From assembly GCA_002189035.1 (NCBI GenBank), contig NEEC01000023.1:124001-188000 (forward strand): DNA of 64,000 nucleotides, read 5' to 3'. Origin of the DNA: Utricularia gibba. Taxonomy: Eukaryota > Plantae > Magnoliophyta. The position numbers and the translations under genes are program-made. Positions 50,831 to 62,805 of this stretch are shown here, piece after piece; positions within the stretch are counted from its first letter, which is position 1; the number at the start of each line of letters is the position of its first letter. A model generated the notes under the pieces. The model saw only the letters and a program-made list of their open reading frames with translations. It made no database searches and was not told the DNA's origin.

Positions 50831-51396
50831 GTGAACACATCAGATAACACATAAGTGGAGTGACCGAGTCTGCCTCGCAGAAAATGATATTCTGATGCTC
50901 TTTTGGATTCACGACACATAATACGTCAAGTATGTGAAACGGAATTACAAAAAGCATCATCATTTCAAGAGCCTACCATGCAAAATAATCCTTCGACTGT
51001 CATTTAAAGTAAGTAAAGGATTTGAAAGCTACTTACGCAAAAGCAATATAAACAGACAAGCAGCACCAATTCCAGAGGGTGCCATTGCCAAAATGATCCT
51101 TCGACCGTATATGGAATTCATGTTGCAAAATAAGCCACGTAAATGAAAACTAAATTCTGACAATAAGACATCACATAAGCAGCAGTATTCTCAGAGTATG
51201 CCTTGCACAAATTATCTTCGGATGCCCTTTTGGGTCCATGTGGCAAGAAGGTAAGTTATCAACACTGAATTCCACAAATGTGAATAATGGTAAGTATGAC
51301 AGACATATGGAATTGGGAGAGCAATCAGACAACACAAGAATGTTTTCTGAGAATATCCGTTGCCGCAATAATCCTATGATGCTCTTCCGGATTCAT
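50831..51396 (-). repeat. Degenerate tandem array of five ~60-75 nt related, hairpin-forming units
   Basis: Units A (ATG 51396), B (51239), C (51121), D (51003) and E (GTG 50912) align by eye around ATGAAT-CC-AAAGAGCATC-GAAGGAT[CT]ATTTTGGCAA-GGCA-CTCTG-GAA-TGCTGCTT. They are separated by unrelated spacers. Confidence 0.7.
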
Positions 51397-51481
51397 GCGG
51401 TACAGGCTTCGATTATTAGAAATACCATAGCTTTCGCCAGTGAGAGCAACTCAACATGCTTAAACAAGAGAGGGACAACTA

Positions 51482-51740
51482 TCATTCTGCTCTATCCGCT
51501 TGTGATTCACCCGATTCCGAGATCATCTTCCGTCGATTTCGCGTTTGCCGATCCACCGTCACCATATACAACCCTGTGTCATACATCAACAATCATACAA
51601 AACTAAATACACAGCAGCAATCCCTGATATAATGATATTGCATTTAAAAGCTTCTTACCAACCACACTTCCAAATGCGCACACCCAAAGGATCCTCGACG
51701 ACCATTTATCCGCAACTACTCCTCTGTCCAAAAACCCCAT
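51482..51740 (-). CDS. 57-aa conserved-looking single-pass membrane microprotein, 2 coding exons
   Basis: Exons 51659-51740 and 51482-51573 give MGFLDRGVVADKWSRILWVCAFGSVVGLYMVTVDRQTRNRRKMISESGESQADRAE*, with canonical splice sites. Resembles a recalled small plant family (KW..RILW.CA.GS...LYMV.V.RQ.QNR). A probable 5'UTR exon lies near 52002-52120. Confidence 0.75.
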
Positions 51741-52716
51741 CTTTTATTCTCTGCAATAAATCAAAGTAAACTAAATAACCGTTACACCCATCCCCTGTTA
51801 AATGCTCACCTCCGAAATCAAAGCATTGCAAATAAAATAAACACTATGCAAGTATTTTCAAGAACATTCCCACCCTCCGTACTCACACCATCGAATTCCG
51901 GTGAGTAATGGGATCAAAAACCAGAAAATATACCCAAATTTTGGAATACAAAAAGAAACCCAAATTCACCGATTTCATTGCAGAAGTACATGCGTCAGCT
52001 ACCTTCTCAAGCTTCAACCGGTGTGGCCTCTGCGTCTACGCCTTGAGCAACCCAGAATCCACACGCCAACGCCTCGAGAAGAGGTGCAATCGGTCGTGAA
52101 CCCTAGTCGCACATCGTAGATTACCAACGCATCCTTTGGGACTATAGTCAGGATCAGCCATTATTAAGGCTTGTTGGAACATTTTAGATAAGGATATAAT
52201 TGTAAATTAATAAATATTCGAATTTAAAAGTTTCTTGTGTTAGAGAAAATACTCGCGCGCGTATGCCCTTATAAGCTAGTGTGTCGTGCCTTCGCCGGAG
52301 AAATCAAGACTTGCAAATCCCTGAATGGCGGTTAGGGGGTGGTGTACTGAGAACCTTTTCGAGGTGCACCGCCCACTTCCCCCCAGATAGATGCTTGAGG
52401 ATTCCGTTTCTTATCAGGAGGGTGTTGAGCGATCCATTATTGCTGGTGTGGGGCGTTACGGGTCGTTGCAAGATTTCGTCGTTTTGGTTTTGGTAATTTC
52501 GGTTTTAGGGTTTTTTTGACTGCTTGTTGTTGTTTCTTTTGGTTATGCATACTGATCAGGATGGATTTTTTTTTTCGATTTAGCATTGATAATATGATTT
52601 TTTTTTTTTGTTTTTTGATTCATGATCAGCCTGTTTCTTTTTTCCTTCTAAAGATTGGAGTTTGCGATGTCTTTGATTTCTTTTTCAGGGTATCACGACT
52701 TCCAATTTATTTCATC

Positions 52717-53886
52717 ATGAGTGGCCCGGAGCCAATTCGGAGATATGCAATTCTTAGAAGAAGAAGAAGGTTATTGATAACTGTGGATCTTAATGTCGCA
52801 CCTCCTTGTGAAAGTCGGAGTCAGGAGGGAACCTCGAGTCATGTTAGGCAAGATACACAAGCAACTGTACAACCTCCAATTCATGTAGAGGCATATGACG
52901 ATGATGTTGTTATTGCTTCTCCTAGGGGCTTTGCTGAAGTATTTGCTTATACTATTGCCTTGCTCAGATATTTTTGCATTCATTGATTTTTACATGAGAA
53001 TATTTTTTCAGTCACAAAGGAATCGTAGAGGAACTAGTAGACGTACTCACCCTGTGGTTGATGTGGAATCTGGTATTATTGACTTAGATTGTAGTGAATG
53101 CGCTTGGATATAGTTTTCATATTAAAGCTATGACCCCCCACCAGGCCCCCTGCATCGTGGTTATTTAACCTTTTGGAATTTAAGATGTACGTGTTTGAAC
53201 ACCTTTTTCAGCAGAAAGGGCATCTCACAGCGAACACAGAAGGGACCAAACACTTGTTACTCGTGACTTTTTTTCAATCCTAGAAGTGAGTTCACGAGTA
53301 TGCTCTATTACATTCGTAACAAGGTCCATTTGCTGGTTAAACTTGATAAGCTTGCTTTAATTCCTATCTGTAGCCTTTTTGCCGGTGTGCTTGCGCTTTC
53401 ATTCTGCATGTTGTTAGTTTCTATTCCATCCATAATGTAACGTTAGTTGATTTTCTCCAGGTACTGAATTGTTTATGTCACGGTTTTTGGCTACACCTAA
53501 GATGCGTTAAACTAACATGCGTGGCATTCCTTTTTTTCTTTTTTCATATGGATAGTGTTCTAATGAAGATTTATGACCTTGTATCACATGGAAAGGCCAG
53601 GAATAGTGATCTGTTGGATCATCCACCACCACCACCTCCTCCACCAAGGGTACCAGCATTAAGTTGCCCAATTTGCATGGGTCCGATTGTTGAACCGACA
53701 ACAACAAAGTGCGGTCACATTTTCTGCAATGCTTGCATAAGGACTGCCATAGCTACCCAAGCCAAATGCCCCACCTGCAGGAAAAGATCAAGAAGCAGTG
53801 ATATCATTAGAATTTACCTTCCCAGCCCAAATGCTTCAGGTGCTCGCCCTCTCCGTCACTTCCCTTTTCCCTTGGTGACTGGATAA
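52717..53886 (+). CDS. SUMO-targeted ubiquitin ligase, RNF4/STUbL-like C3HC4 RING
   Basis: SIM-like patches ITVDL, IHVE, DDDVVI and VVDVE; RING CPICM...TTKCGHIFC..CI..AI..QAKCPTCRK; tail DIIRIYLP. The exact 3' end is uncertain. Confidence 0.87.
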
Positions 53887-54399
53887 GTTATATATGTTGC
53901 TGTTTCCCCATTATTTGTCTGTGGATCTTCAAAGAATAACTCCATCCACCACGTCGTACTTGAACTGATTGGCATGGAATCAAGCTCCAGCAAAGGATCT
54001 CAACATTCTCTGATGCCTCTTTTGTGGAGTATGAATCCTTGTTTGAACTCGGCTCCCAGTTTTTAGAGTCTCCTGCTGAATATGATTCTCTCCATACAGG
54101 AAGAGAATGGCTACCTCCATGCCGTCTCTGTGCTTCTACTCAGGAACCCTCTGTGAAGCAGAGATTGTGTAGCTGCTGCAAACGGTAGTACACCATGGAA
54201 ACTGAAGCAACTCCGTTTTGTCTGCTTTTCCAAAGTATCATTTTGGATTCATTTTTTTGAGTCACGATTGAATGGATTGGGATGGGTGGTTACACACACA
54301 AAGGAAAGAAAGGAATTCGTTAGAAATGTTATGGATAATATTTTATTTATAAAATCCACGTCAAAAAAGAAGAAAGAAAAGAAACCGGTGTGGATCTGG

Positions 54400-54999
54400 T
54401 CACATAATCGTGCATCCATGCGGATTGTCGTCACTGAAGAAGCCAGCCGGGTACGGCGGTGGATGGTAGTACGTCACCGGCGGTGGCTGCCGTCCGTATC
54501 CCTGATTAAACTCCGGCCTGCCGTAGGGATTGTGCTCCGGCGGGGGACCGTAACCGTGTTGGTATTCGGGAAACGGAGGAAGCGGCAACTGCGGCGCTGG
54601 CCCCTGAAGAGCGCCGCCACCTTCGGATGGAGGAAGAGGCGCAGAAGCTGACGACGATGACGGGTGTGGAAGAAACATGTGGTGGGGGTCGTATCTGTAA
54701 CTCCCACGTACCCCGTGAGGATGATAAGGATAATAAGTGTAATCGAAGTCACCAAAATGGGGAGACCCGTTTCTTCTGTCGTCACCCAAGTTCAGTCTCC
54801 ACGTTCTTGAGTTGGTGTACTCGACGCTTCTCGGTCGGCGGCCTTGGTGGTGATGATGCGCCGGCGGCGGCTGCGGAGGATTCTCCGGAGCAGGGGGCGG
54901 AGGCGGAGGAGCGGGAGGAGGAGCCTCTGGCTCCGACGGCACCTCCACCGGTTCAGGTCTCGCCGGCGGCGGTCTCGGTCGAATCACGCGGAAATCCAT
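54400..54999 (-). CDS. Pro/His/Tyr-rich protein with HIPP-type prenylation tail but no HMA domain, single exon
   Basis: 199-aa ATG ORF ending FSDDNPHGCTIM (HIPP consensus FSDENPNACxIM, CaaX box). No CxxC metal motif. Confidence 0.8.
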   Translation of the reverse strand: MDFRVIRPRPPPARPEPVEVPSEPEAPPPAPPPPPPAPENPPQPPPAHHHHQGRRPRSVEYTNSRTWRLNLGDDRRNGSPHFGDFDYTYYPYHPHGVRGSYRYDPHHMFLPHPSSSSASAPLPPSEGGGALQGPAPQLPLPPFPEYQHGYGPPPEHNPYGRPEFNQGYGRQPPPVTYYHPPPYPAGFFSDDNPHGCTIM

Positions 55000-55412
55000 T
55001 TTACGAGTAGAAAATAATCTCCTGCTTAAAAAGGATTAGCCTTCTGCATTAAATATGGTAATTAACATTTAGTAAAATATTTGATATTATCATTTCAGGA
55101 AAAAGTTATTATTACCTAAAATATCTTCTTTTTTGAAAACGTACACTTCCTATAAAACTAGTTTATTAATACCGTATTAATAGCTTATTAATAGCGTATT
55201 AATATAGTCGTAGATGCGATTAAGGAGGGGAATGGGGACGAAGAGGAGGTCCTCTCCGACAAGAAAATGAAGTTCAGAGTAAAGAAGAAGAGTTAACTGT
55301 AGCATAGGAGCATTCACTCAACTGTATGCTGTCGCAGAGTTCAGGACAGTATCTTCCACAAACTCCCATAAGAGTAAAACGCACAGTTACTTGCAAGGTC
55401 TCGCGCGGGTTC

Positions 55413-56915
55413 TCACACACGAGGCAGAGACACGAGGAGTTGGCCACTTGCGGCGCTGAACCAGAACACGAGCGGAACGAATGAGAAAAGCACAGGAGCT
55501 GAACACTCAAGCTGGGGCTGTTAAAACAAGCTTTCGCTGCTTACCTCTTTATGTAGTAGTAGCAGAAGTCTGCTAATATGAATGTCTGAACTATCTCCGA
55601 TATGATCACCATCGGGAGCCAGAGGTAGCCGGATCCGACCAGGAACAGGTAATGGCCGGCCGAGTTGTAGACCTGGGCGTAAAGGGTCACACGTTCTGAA
55701 CTCTGGCAGTGAAATGGAGGATAAGCTCAAGTTAACTGGATTGTTGCGCTTTTACCTTGAGCAACCAGTGAGCGCATCCCAAGAACCTTGCAATGCCCAG
55801 TGCAAAAACGTAGTGAGCTGTGAACGGTTCGATCATCTGCAATCAGATGGAGATAATCAGGTGACAAGGTGTATGGTAGATGTTAAAGGGCAAGATCCAT
55901 CACAACCTTTGCGTTCTGCATCACACGAAGCTGTGGCAATACAGAGACGGACTCCATGTACACGGCAAATGCCCAGAGAATTCGTGCGATTTTGGGATGA
56001 GAGGTGTAGGGGTCAATGAGTAAGGCTACAACTGCACATGGGAGAACCTTGGAAAACAGACAACGACAAGATTCAGATTCAAATGCATAAACGAGAACAG
56101 TAAAGGAATTATCACTAGAGACAAAAAAGCAGTTAGTTTACCACGTAGTAGAGAGGCATGTTATCCAGTTCAGAAATGTAGGTCGATTTTAATGGGAACC
56201 GTATCATGTATATCACCCAGAGCGTGGATAAAAGCGTCACGAGGTCGAGAAAAGTGTGGATATCTCCTTCCATAACCACGCTACAGATGAGTCTGGCCGC
56301 CAGAAATATTGCTGTGAGTTCTTGAGACCTGAGAGAAAGGCCTGCAAAACGGAAGGAGAAGCTGCAATTTACAGTTGCAAAGTTGGAAAAACTCAGACTG
56401 TCAGTTTTTGCTTCACTGAGCTCAAAAATCATATCATTCACAAATTATATTTTAATTGAGTGTTCACCATGATTCATCAAAAACATTGCAGTTATCTTCT
56501 GCTATCACCCTCAACTTGATCAAGGAAGAAAAGCCACAGAGAATTCCAAGTTGCAGAATACGAGTAGGAACGAAACCTCAAGTCTTGAGCTACTAGACAT
56601 ATTTAAAAAAACCTAAAACATCTGAAGAAACCCCCAACGGAAATTTACCAACAAATTGAAAACCAAAACCAAAAAGATTGACACAATACCAGAGCACGTC
56701 TTCTGGGTAGTGAGCTTATAAATCAAGACAAGAATCCCAGCGAAATGGATAGCCTCAGAAGCCACAAAGAACTGATTATGATCCTTCACCAGAAAGTTCA
56801 GCGCCACCAAGGCAGCAACCACGGTCACCACAGCCAATAAAGCCTTCACCTTGGTCGACTGCCGCCGCACCCAGATAAAAAGCTTGCTCAGCGGTTCAAC
56901 CCTCTTCCTTCCCAT
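55413..56915 (-). CDS. ER lumen protein-retaining receptor family, ERD2-related (ERP) class, 6 exons
   Basis: WVRRQS.KVK, FFVASEAIH..GI.VLIYKL...KTCSGLSL.SQELTAIFL, YMESVSVLPQLR.MQN, MIEPFTAHYVFALG, IVQTFILADFCYYYIKS, last exon SAASGQLLVSLPRV*. Confidence 0.92.
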
Positions 56916-57855
56916 GTCTTCAAATCACCAAAAGATCCTTCCCCAAAATCCAAAAAGACAAATTCAAGCCACCGCACTCTCTACTCAAACTATCGGATCA
57001 AATGACACGAAAAGAACATGCAGAAGCCGCAATCGGAGGCGTGTCTTAGCGGAGAATACGACGCCGCTTTGGGATTTCCACCCACGGCCGGAAACCTAGA
57101 GGATTAATTGCAGAATTGGACGGTTTTGAAGAGGCATTTATTGGAAGAAGTTGGATTTCTTAGACGCTGCAGTGCAAGAGTAGGAACCGGTAAGAGCCGC
57201 CGGCGCCACGTTGGATGTATGATTGGCTAGCATTAAATGGGACCCCAAACCGCGAGATTTTTTTCAGGAATTAGTCAAATTTTAATTCTTTAATCTTTTC
57301 CTATTAAAAAAATAAGAAAAGGGAATTGTCTTCAATTTCCCTTTTTTATAAGCTTTAATAAAAAATTAAATGGGTAATTAATGTGAAGAAAAACTGTCCT
57401 AGTTAGTTATATAGTTTAATTGGAATTGTGAAAATATAAATGGTAAAAACTGGATTTCAATAATAAAAAAGAAATAAATATATATATTTATATATTTTCT
57501 AATGGATAAAAGTAGTTGCTGCAGGTCCGTCCAAAACCCGGTTTTCCGGCGAATTTTGGACGGTAGGCCGGATCAACTCCGGTTCAATCCAACATCATCA
57601 ATCTTGAACAAGAGGTTGGAATCAAGGTTTCCGTACTCGGTTGATTCCCCTGCCTACAATTCTATTGTCACAATATATATCCACATTTCTACATCAACTG
57701 AACCTAAGCAACCAAAGACTCAAGCGGTTCATATGCAACAAGAGAGATTTTCTGCAGGGCAACTGCATAACCAGTCTGTTTTCTGTTGATACAAGAGATA
57801 AGAAGCTACCCTTTTACAGAGGGAGCTCTTGGCATCTCCAAACAGATGATCGGCT

Positions 57856-58498
57856 TCACTTCTTCCCTTTCTTCTTTGCTGCAGCATATGAACAAAACAG
57901 AGCTTCACCAATATGTGGGGTTTGAAAACTCATCTAACCTGGCTTGTTATTTCATGGTTTATCCCTCAGTTTACTATACTTTTACTGAATAGTTTTTCGA
58001 AAGCTAGTAGTAGCATTTAGAGCAAGTACCTTGTCTCCTCTTGGCCTCGGATTTGGCGAAGAATTCCCTCCATTCGTCAGTTAGAACAAAAACCGGTTCT
58101 TCTTCTTCCTCCTCCTCTTCGCCTTCATTATCCATTTCCTGCTGTATGTTCCTGAAATGAATCAACACAGCCACTCCATTTAAAACACGGACCAGTAGAA
58201 AAAATCAATAACACGCGAGACCCAGAAGTTATAGAATCAGGGGGAGAAACAGGAAGTACTGAGAGTCACGAAGCTCTAGATTGGGCCCGGAACCCTGAAA
58301 CCCCTCGACATTTTGTGAATTCGCAGGCAAGGGTTGAGGGATGTGGGGAGGGAACCAACAACGGTGAGAGTAGTGGTTAACTGGTAGCAAAAGGGAGTTG
58401 TGAAACGGGCAGTTTGGCGTTATGTAGAAAACATGGTGATGGTTCAGAGGATGCCGGAGATGCAGGTGAGTTTTCCGGCGGCAATCTGTAGACTCCAT
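57856..58498 (-). CDS. ~127-aa unknown protein with acidic tract and VFVLTDEWREFFAKSEAKRR helix, 3 exons
   Basis: Exons 58260-58498, 58030-58151 and 57856-57878 join in frame at GT-AG sites. His/Pro-rich N-terminus, E8 run, amphipathic helix, Lys-rich end. Confidence 0.75.
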
Positions 58499-58811
58499 TC
58501 CGAACGGGTTATTTTCAACATAAGTATTTATAGGAAAAATAAATGGGCTGAGTCGTGAAAGCAGAGCCCACGTGAGGTGGCCCAAACCAGAAGGTAGAAC
58601 CATATTTGTTATATAATTTTAATGTTTTTAATACATTTTAAACATATTTATATTGAAATTGGGTTTCAAAATTTTTAAAAAAAGTTATTCTGATTTGTAT
58701 TTGGATTAATTAATTTGATTTGAATTCTTAAAAATCCGATATATTTAAATACATCTATAATTAATTATTTTTAGTCAGTATGTCTAGAAAGGCTTTTACT
58801 AAAAATATCAA

Positions 58812-58877
58812 GTTCTGGAAGGTTCCAGGGCTTCCGCGAGGCGACAGTCTCCTTCATCCTCGTAGAACACTCTAGAA
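58812..58877. promoter_or_regulatory. Heat-shock elements upstream of ROF1
   Basis: Perfect TTCtgGAAggTTC at 58813-58825 and near-perfect GAAcaCTCtaGAA at 58865-58877, about 130-190 bp before the ATG. Confidence 0.75.
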
Positions 58878-59004
58878 CCGATTTCCCAGTCACCCGCCTT
58901 ATTTATTGAATCGACCCTCTGCGAAACTTGCGCTTCTTCCGATTTACAGTTGATTGTTCTTGCGTCTATTTCTCACTGCGCTTCAACAATTCATTGTTAC
59001 GCCA

Positions 59005-61651
59005 ATGGAGGATGATTTCGACATGCCCCCTGCTGAAGGACTCGAAGGGCTCGACGAGGAAATGGGTGCGCCGGAGGTGAGCAGTTACATGAAGGTTGGA
59101 GAGGAGAAGGAGATTGGGAAAGAAGGGTTGAAGAAGAAGCTTGTGAAAGAAGGGGAAGGATGGGATACCCCTGACAATGGCGATGAAGTTAAAGGTATGT
59201 TACAGCGTGAACTGAGTGTTGGGGGTTTCGTTTTTTGATTGTGGTGTTGTGAATTTTGACGGGCTGATCAATGTTGTGTGGATTAGTTCACTATACGGGG
59301 ACGTTGCTTGATGGGACGAAATTTGATTCGAGTCGTGATAGAGGCGAGCCGTTTATGTTCACTCTCGGACAAGGTTAGCTGATTTCCTGCGTTATACTCG
59401 AATATGAGATCAATCTGTTGGCTGCGCGCCTTAGTATGAGAAATTCTGTTCATGATTGTAATGCACTGGTTTTTGTGGCATCAGGGCAAGTTATTAAGGG
59501 GTGGGATGTGGGCATCAAAACCATGAAAAAGGGAGAAAATGCTATTTTTACAATACCAGCCGCATTGGCCTATGGTGAAGCTGGCTCACCGCCTACCATC
59601 CCTCCGAACGCCACTTTGCTGTTCGACGTTGAATTGTTGTCATGGGTTAGTGTCAAGGATATCTGCAAAGATGGTGGCATTTTCAAGAAGATTGTTAAGG
59701 AGGGTGAGAAGTGGGAAAACCCCAAGGATCTGGATGAAGTTTTTGGTAAGTATTGTGGCGCTCTTAAAAAGATGAAGTTTTCTTGTTTGTGCTGTAACTA
59801 ACCGAACATGTCACTTTAACCAGTAAAATATGAAGCCACTCTGGATGATGGAACTCTAGTGGCAAGATCAGATGGTGTTGAGTTCACTGTTCAGAATGGT
59901 GAGTTTTGAGATTGAAATTGGTGACACTGCATCTCGGTTGTTAGTCGTTAGCTAATGCTTGGCACCTTGGTTTTCAGGCCATTTCTGCTCTGCTGTGGTG
60001 AAGGCTGTAAAAACTATGAAGAAAGGGGAGAAAGCTCTCCTGCAAGTTAAACCCCAATGTATGTGATTCTCGAATGATGTAGTTGTGGTGGATTTACCAA
60101 TGAGAGGGAGATCGCTTAGCAGTTCTGTTTTGTTATGCAGATGGTTTTGCTGAGAAGGGGAAACCTGCTTTTGGTGATGAAGGAGCTGTTCCTCCTAATG
60201 CATCCTTGAACATAAACTTGGAGTTGGTTTCATGGAAAACGGTTTCGAGTGTTACAGATGATAAAAAAGTAATGAAGAAGATACTGAAGGATGGAGAAGG
60301 ATATGAGAAGCCAAATGAAGGAGCAGTTGTCAAACGTAAGCCTGTTTTTCTCTTCTTTCTTGCTTCATAGAAGATGATATTCACCCTTCTGTGCTGAACC
60401 GCGGTGCTCCTCTGCAGTGAAATTGATCGGAGAACTGCAAGATGGAACTATTTTTACCAGAAAAGGTCACGCCGATGGTGATGAACTCTTTGAATTCAAA
60501 ACCGACGAAGGTAAGTAGTCATTGATAATGTGCAGGTTGTGTAGCTCTAAGGTTAGTTTATCTAAGAGTTGTTTTCTGGCGACAGAGCAAGTGATTGAAG
60601 GCCTAGGCAGAGCAGTGATCACCATGAAGAAGGGGGAAGTGGCACGGTTGACCATCGCCCCGGAGTATGCATTTGGTTCCGCGGAGTCTAAACAGGAGCT
60701 GGCTGTGGTTCCTGCGAATTCAACCGTCATCTACGAGGTGGAGCTTGTGTCTTTCGTAAAGGTGAGTTCAGATACACTCTCCCATCTGTGTTATCATTCT
60801 CTCATGTGCGTAGTGAAGACCATTGAAGGGATTATTCCACGCTGCAGGAGAAGGAGTCTTGGGATATGAACACACCAGAGAAAATAGAAGCTGCATCTAA
60901 GAAGAAGGAAGAAGGGAATGCCTTATTTAAAGTTGGAAAATACGCCAGAGCAACCAAGAGATATGAGAAGGTATGGCGCTTCCTCTATAGAAACGACTGT
61001 GAGTGGTGAATGTTGTTGATCCAATCGGCCATCTGATTCCTGTGGTTGTTTTCAGGCGGGCAAGTATATCGAATATGACACTTCCTTCAGTGATGAGGAG
61101 AAAAAGCAGACCAAGGCATTGAAGATAACCTGCAACTTGAACAACGCTGCATGCAAGCTGAAACTCAAAGACTACAAGCAAGCCGAGAAGCTTTGCACCA
61201 AGGTACAAAACGAAAGGAAAACAGGAAACCGTGATGTAGCAGCGTGGGATGGAGATTTTCCATAAAAAAGTAACATGGGTTTTTTTGATGTATGTGAAGG
61301 TGCTAGAACTTGAGAGCAGGAACGTGAAGGCTCTGTACAGGAGAGCTCAGGCCTACATAAACATGGCGGATTTGGAGCTGGCCGAAGTGGACATCAAGAA
61401 AGCTCTCGAAATCGATCCAGAGAACAGGTAACCAACGGATAAACGATTTTTCTACACTTCCACAATCAGATACATGCTCACAGACATGATTGGTTTCTGG
61501 CAGGGACCTGAAGATGGAGTACAAGTATCTGAAGGAGAAAGTCAAGGAATACAACAAGAAGGATGCCAAGTTCTACGGCAACATGTTCGCCAAAATGAAC
61601 AAAACCCATGAAAGCGGCCCTCAGCCCATGAGCATCGACAGCAAAGCTTAA
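59005..61651 (+). CDS. ROF1: Peptidyl-prolyl isomerase FKBP62/65 (ROF1/ROF2): three FKBP domains, TPRs and a CaM-binding tail
   Basis: [77 protein letters not shown], end MSIDSKA*. Confidence 0.93.
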
Positions 61652-62805
61652 CTGATCATGGGGACCTCTTTGTTAGCTCATACTGCCCACTTGAAACAAC
61701 GGTCATGTAACAAGGAAGTTTGATAATTATGATGAGATCTGCTACGCATTAACAAAGATGAAACTGAGTTGCCAGTTTCTCCCTCAGACATCCTTTCATC
61801 TTTTTCATCGATTTTCTCCTGAAATTCCAGTCTCTGTTGCTCCCGAGTGTGAGTCTGCCAGCCAAACCGCCCCTTCACTGAGACAGCAGAAACTACAGGG
61901 GAAAACCAGTCGATAAGGCAACAAACAATGAATATCAGCCGAATTGCTCCTTGAGAATCACCATATGTTCAATGGGCTCATTTGGTTAAACAGTTTAGTT
62001 GAGTTTTCATGTGAGTTTTAGGATAAAATCATGTTTGATACATGGATTTCAGCTAAGTAAAAGTATACTTGTATGTTATGTAACAATTTGTGCGCGCCTA
62101 GTACGATATTGTCTGTTTCGGACATCTAATATTCACGATTTTATGTTTTTTCTACATTCATTCCAAATTGGTCATCCATCCTCACATTAACTTTGGACAA
62201 GCATACTTAACTCTTGAATTCATGTGAAGTATCTTTCACCGTGTTGGGAAAAAGACCTCATGCTAAATTTAGGTATTCATTTCTTCTTAACCTCATTCTC
62301 TCCTCCCATTTGTGATCGATGTGAATTTAACTAAATCAAGGGATAGTCGATTTAGGTAAATAAGGATTTTTTTATTTCAATTCTATTCTTAATCTAGTGT
62401 AAATTTAAATGTAGATCTATCAGAAACCATACACAACTAAATAGTGAAGTGAATGACACCCTTGAAGATGATATGAAAACAAGGATTGGTGAACAACACT
62501 TTTGATCCCTTGCATTTTAGATATTGAAAAAGTCAACTCATGCGGGCCCATGTGTAGATAGCCCCCTGGTCCCCACCTTATGTGATTTATTTGTTTTTTT
62601 ATCCCTAAAAGATAATTTATTTTATTAAAAAATTCATATTAAGCAAGGAGCTATTATTTATATTCAATAAATGTTGAGAATAAGGGAATGTACGGTGACG
62701 GAATTGTCCTTCTGACTTTTCTCAGCATCCATACCCCGGCTCTATAAAATACACGTCACTTGTGGCATTTTCTCACCGTGCATTGCTTGAGTCCTCAACG
62801 AAGCT

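Noticed and set aside
51082-51105. GAAGGATCATT resembling the 18S rRNA 3' end, and ATTTTG/ATAATTTGTG resembling Sm sites
   Set aside because: Matches are 11 nt or shorter with no flanking rRNA or snRNA similarity and no USE/TATA promoter; treated as part of the repeat array.
57527-57563. Strong 10-bp GC hairpin CCGTCCAAAA/TTTTGGACGG
   Set aside because: No CTRR terminus for a Helitron end and too short for a miRNA precursor; left unassigned.
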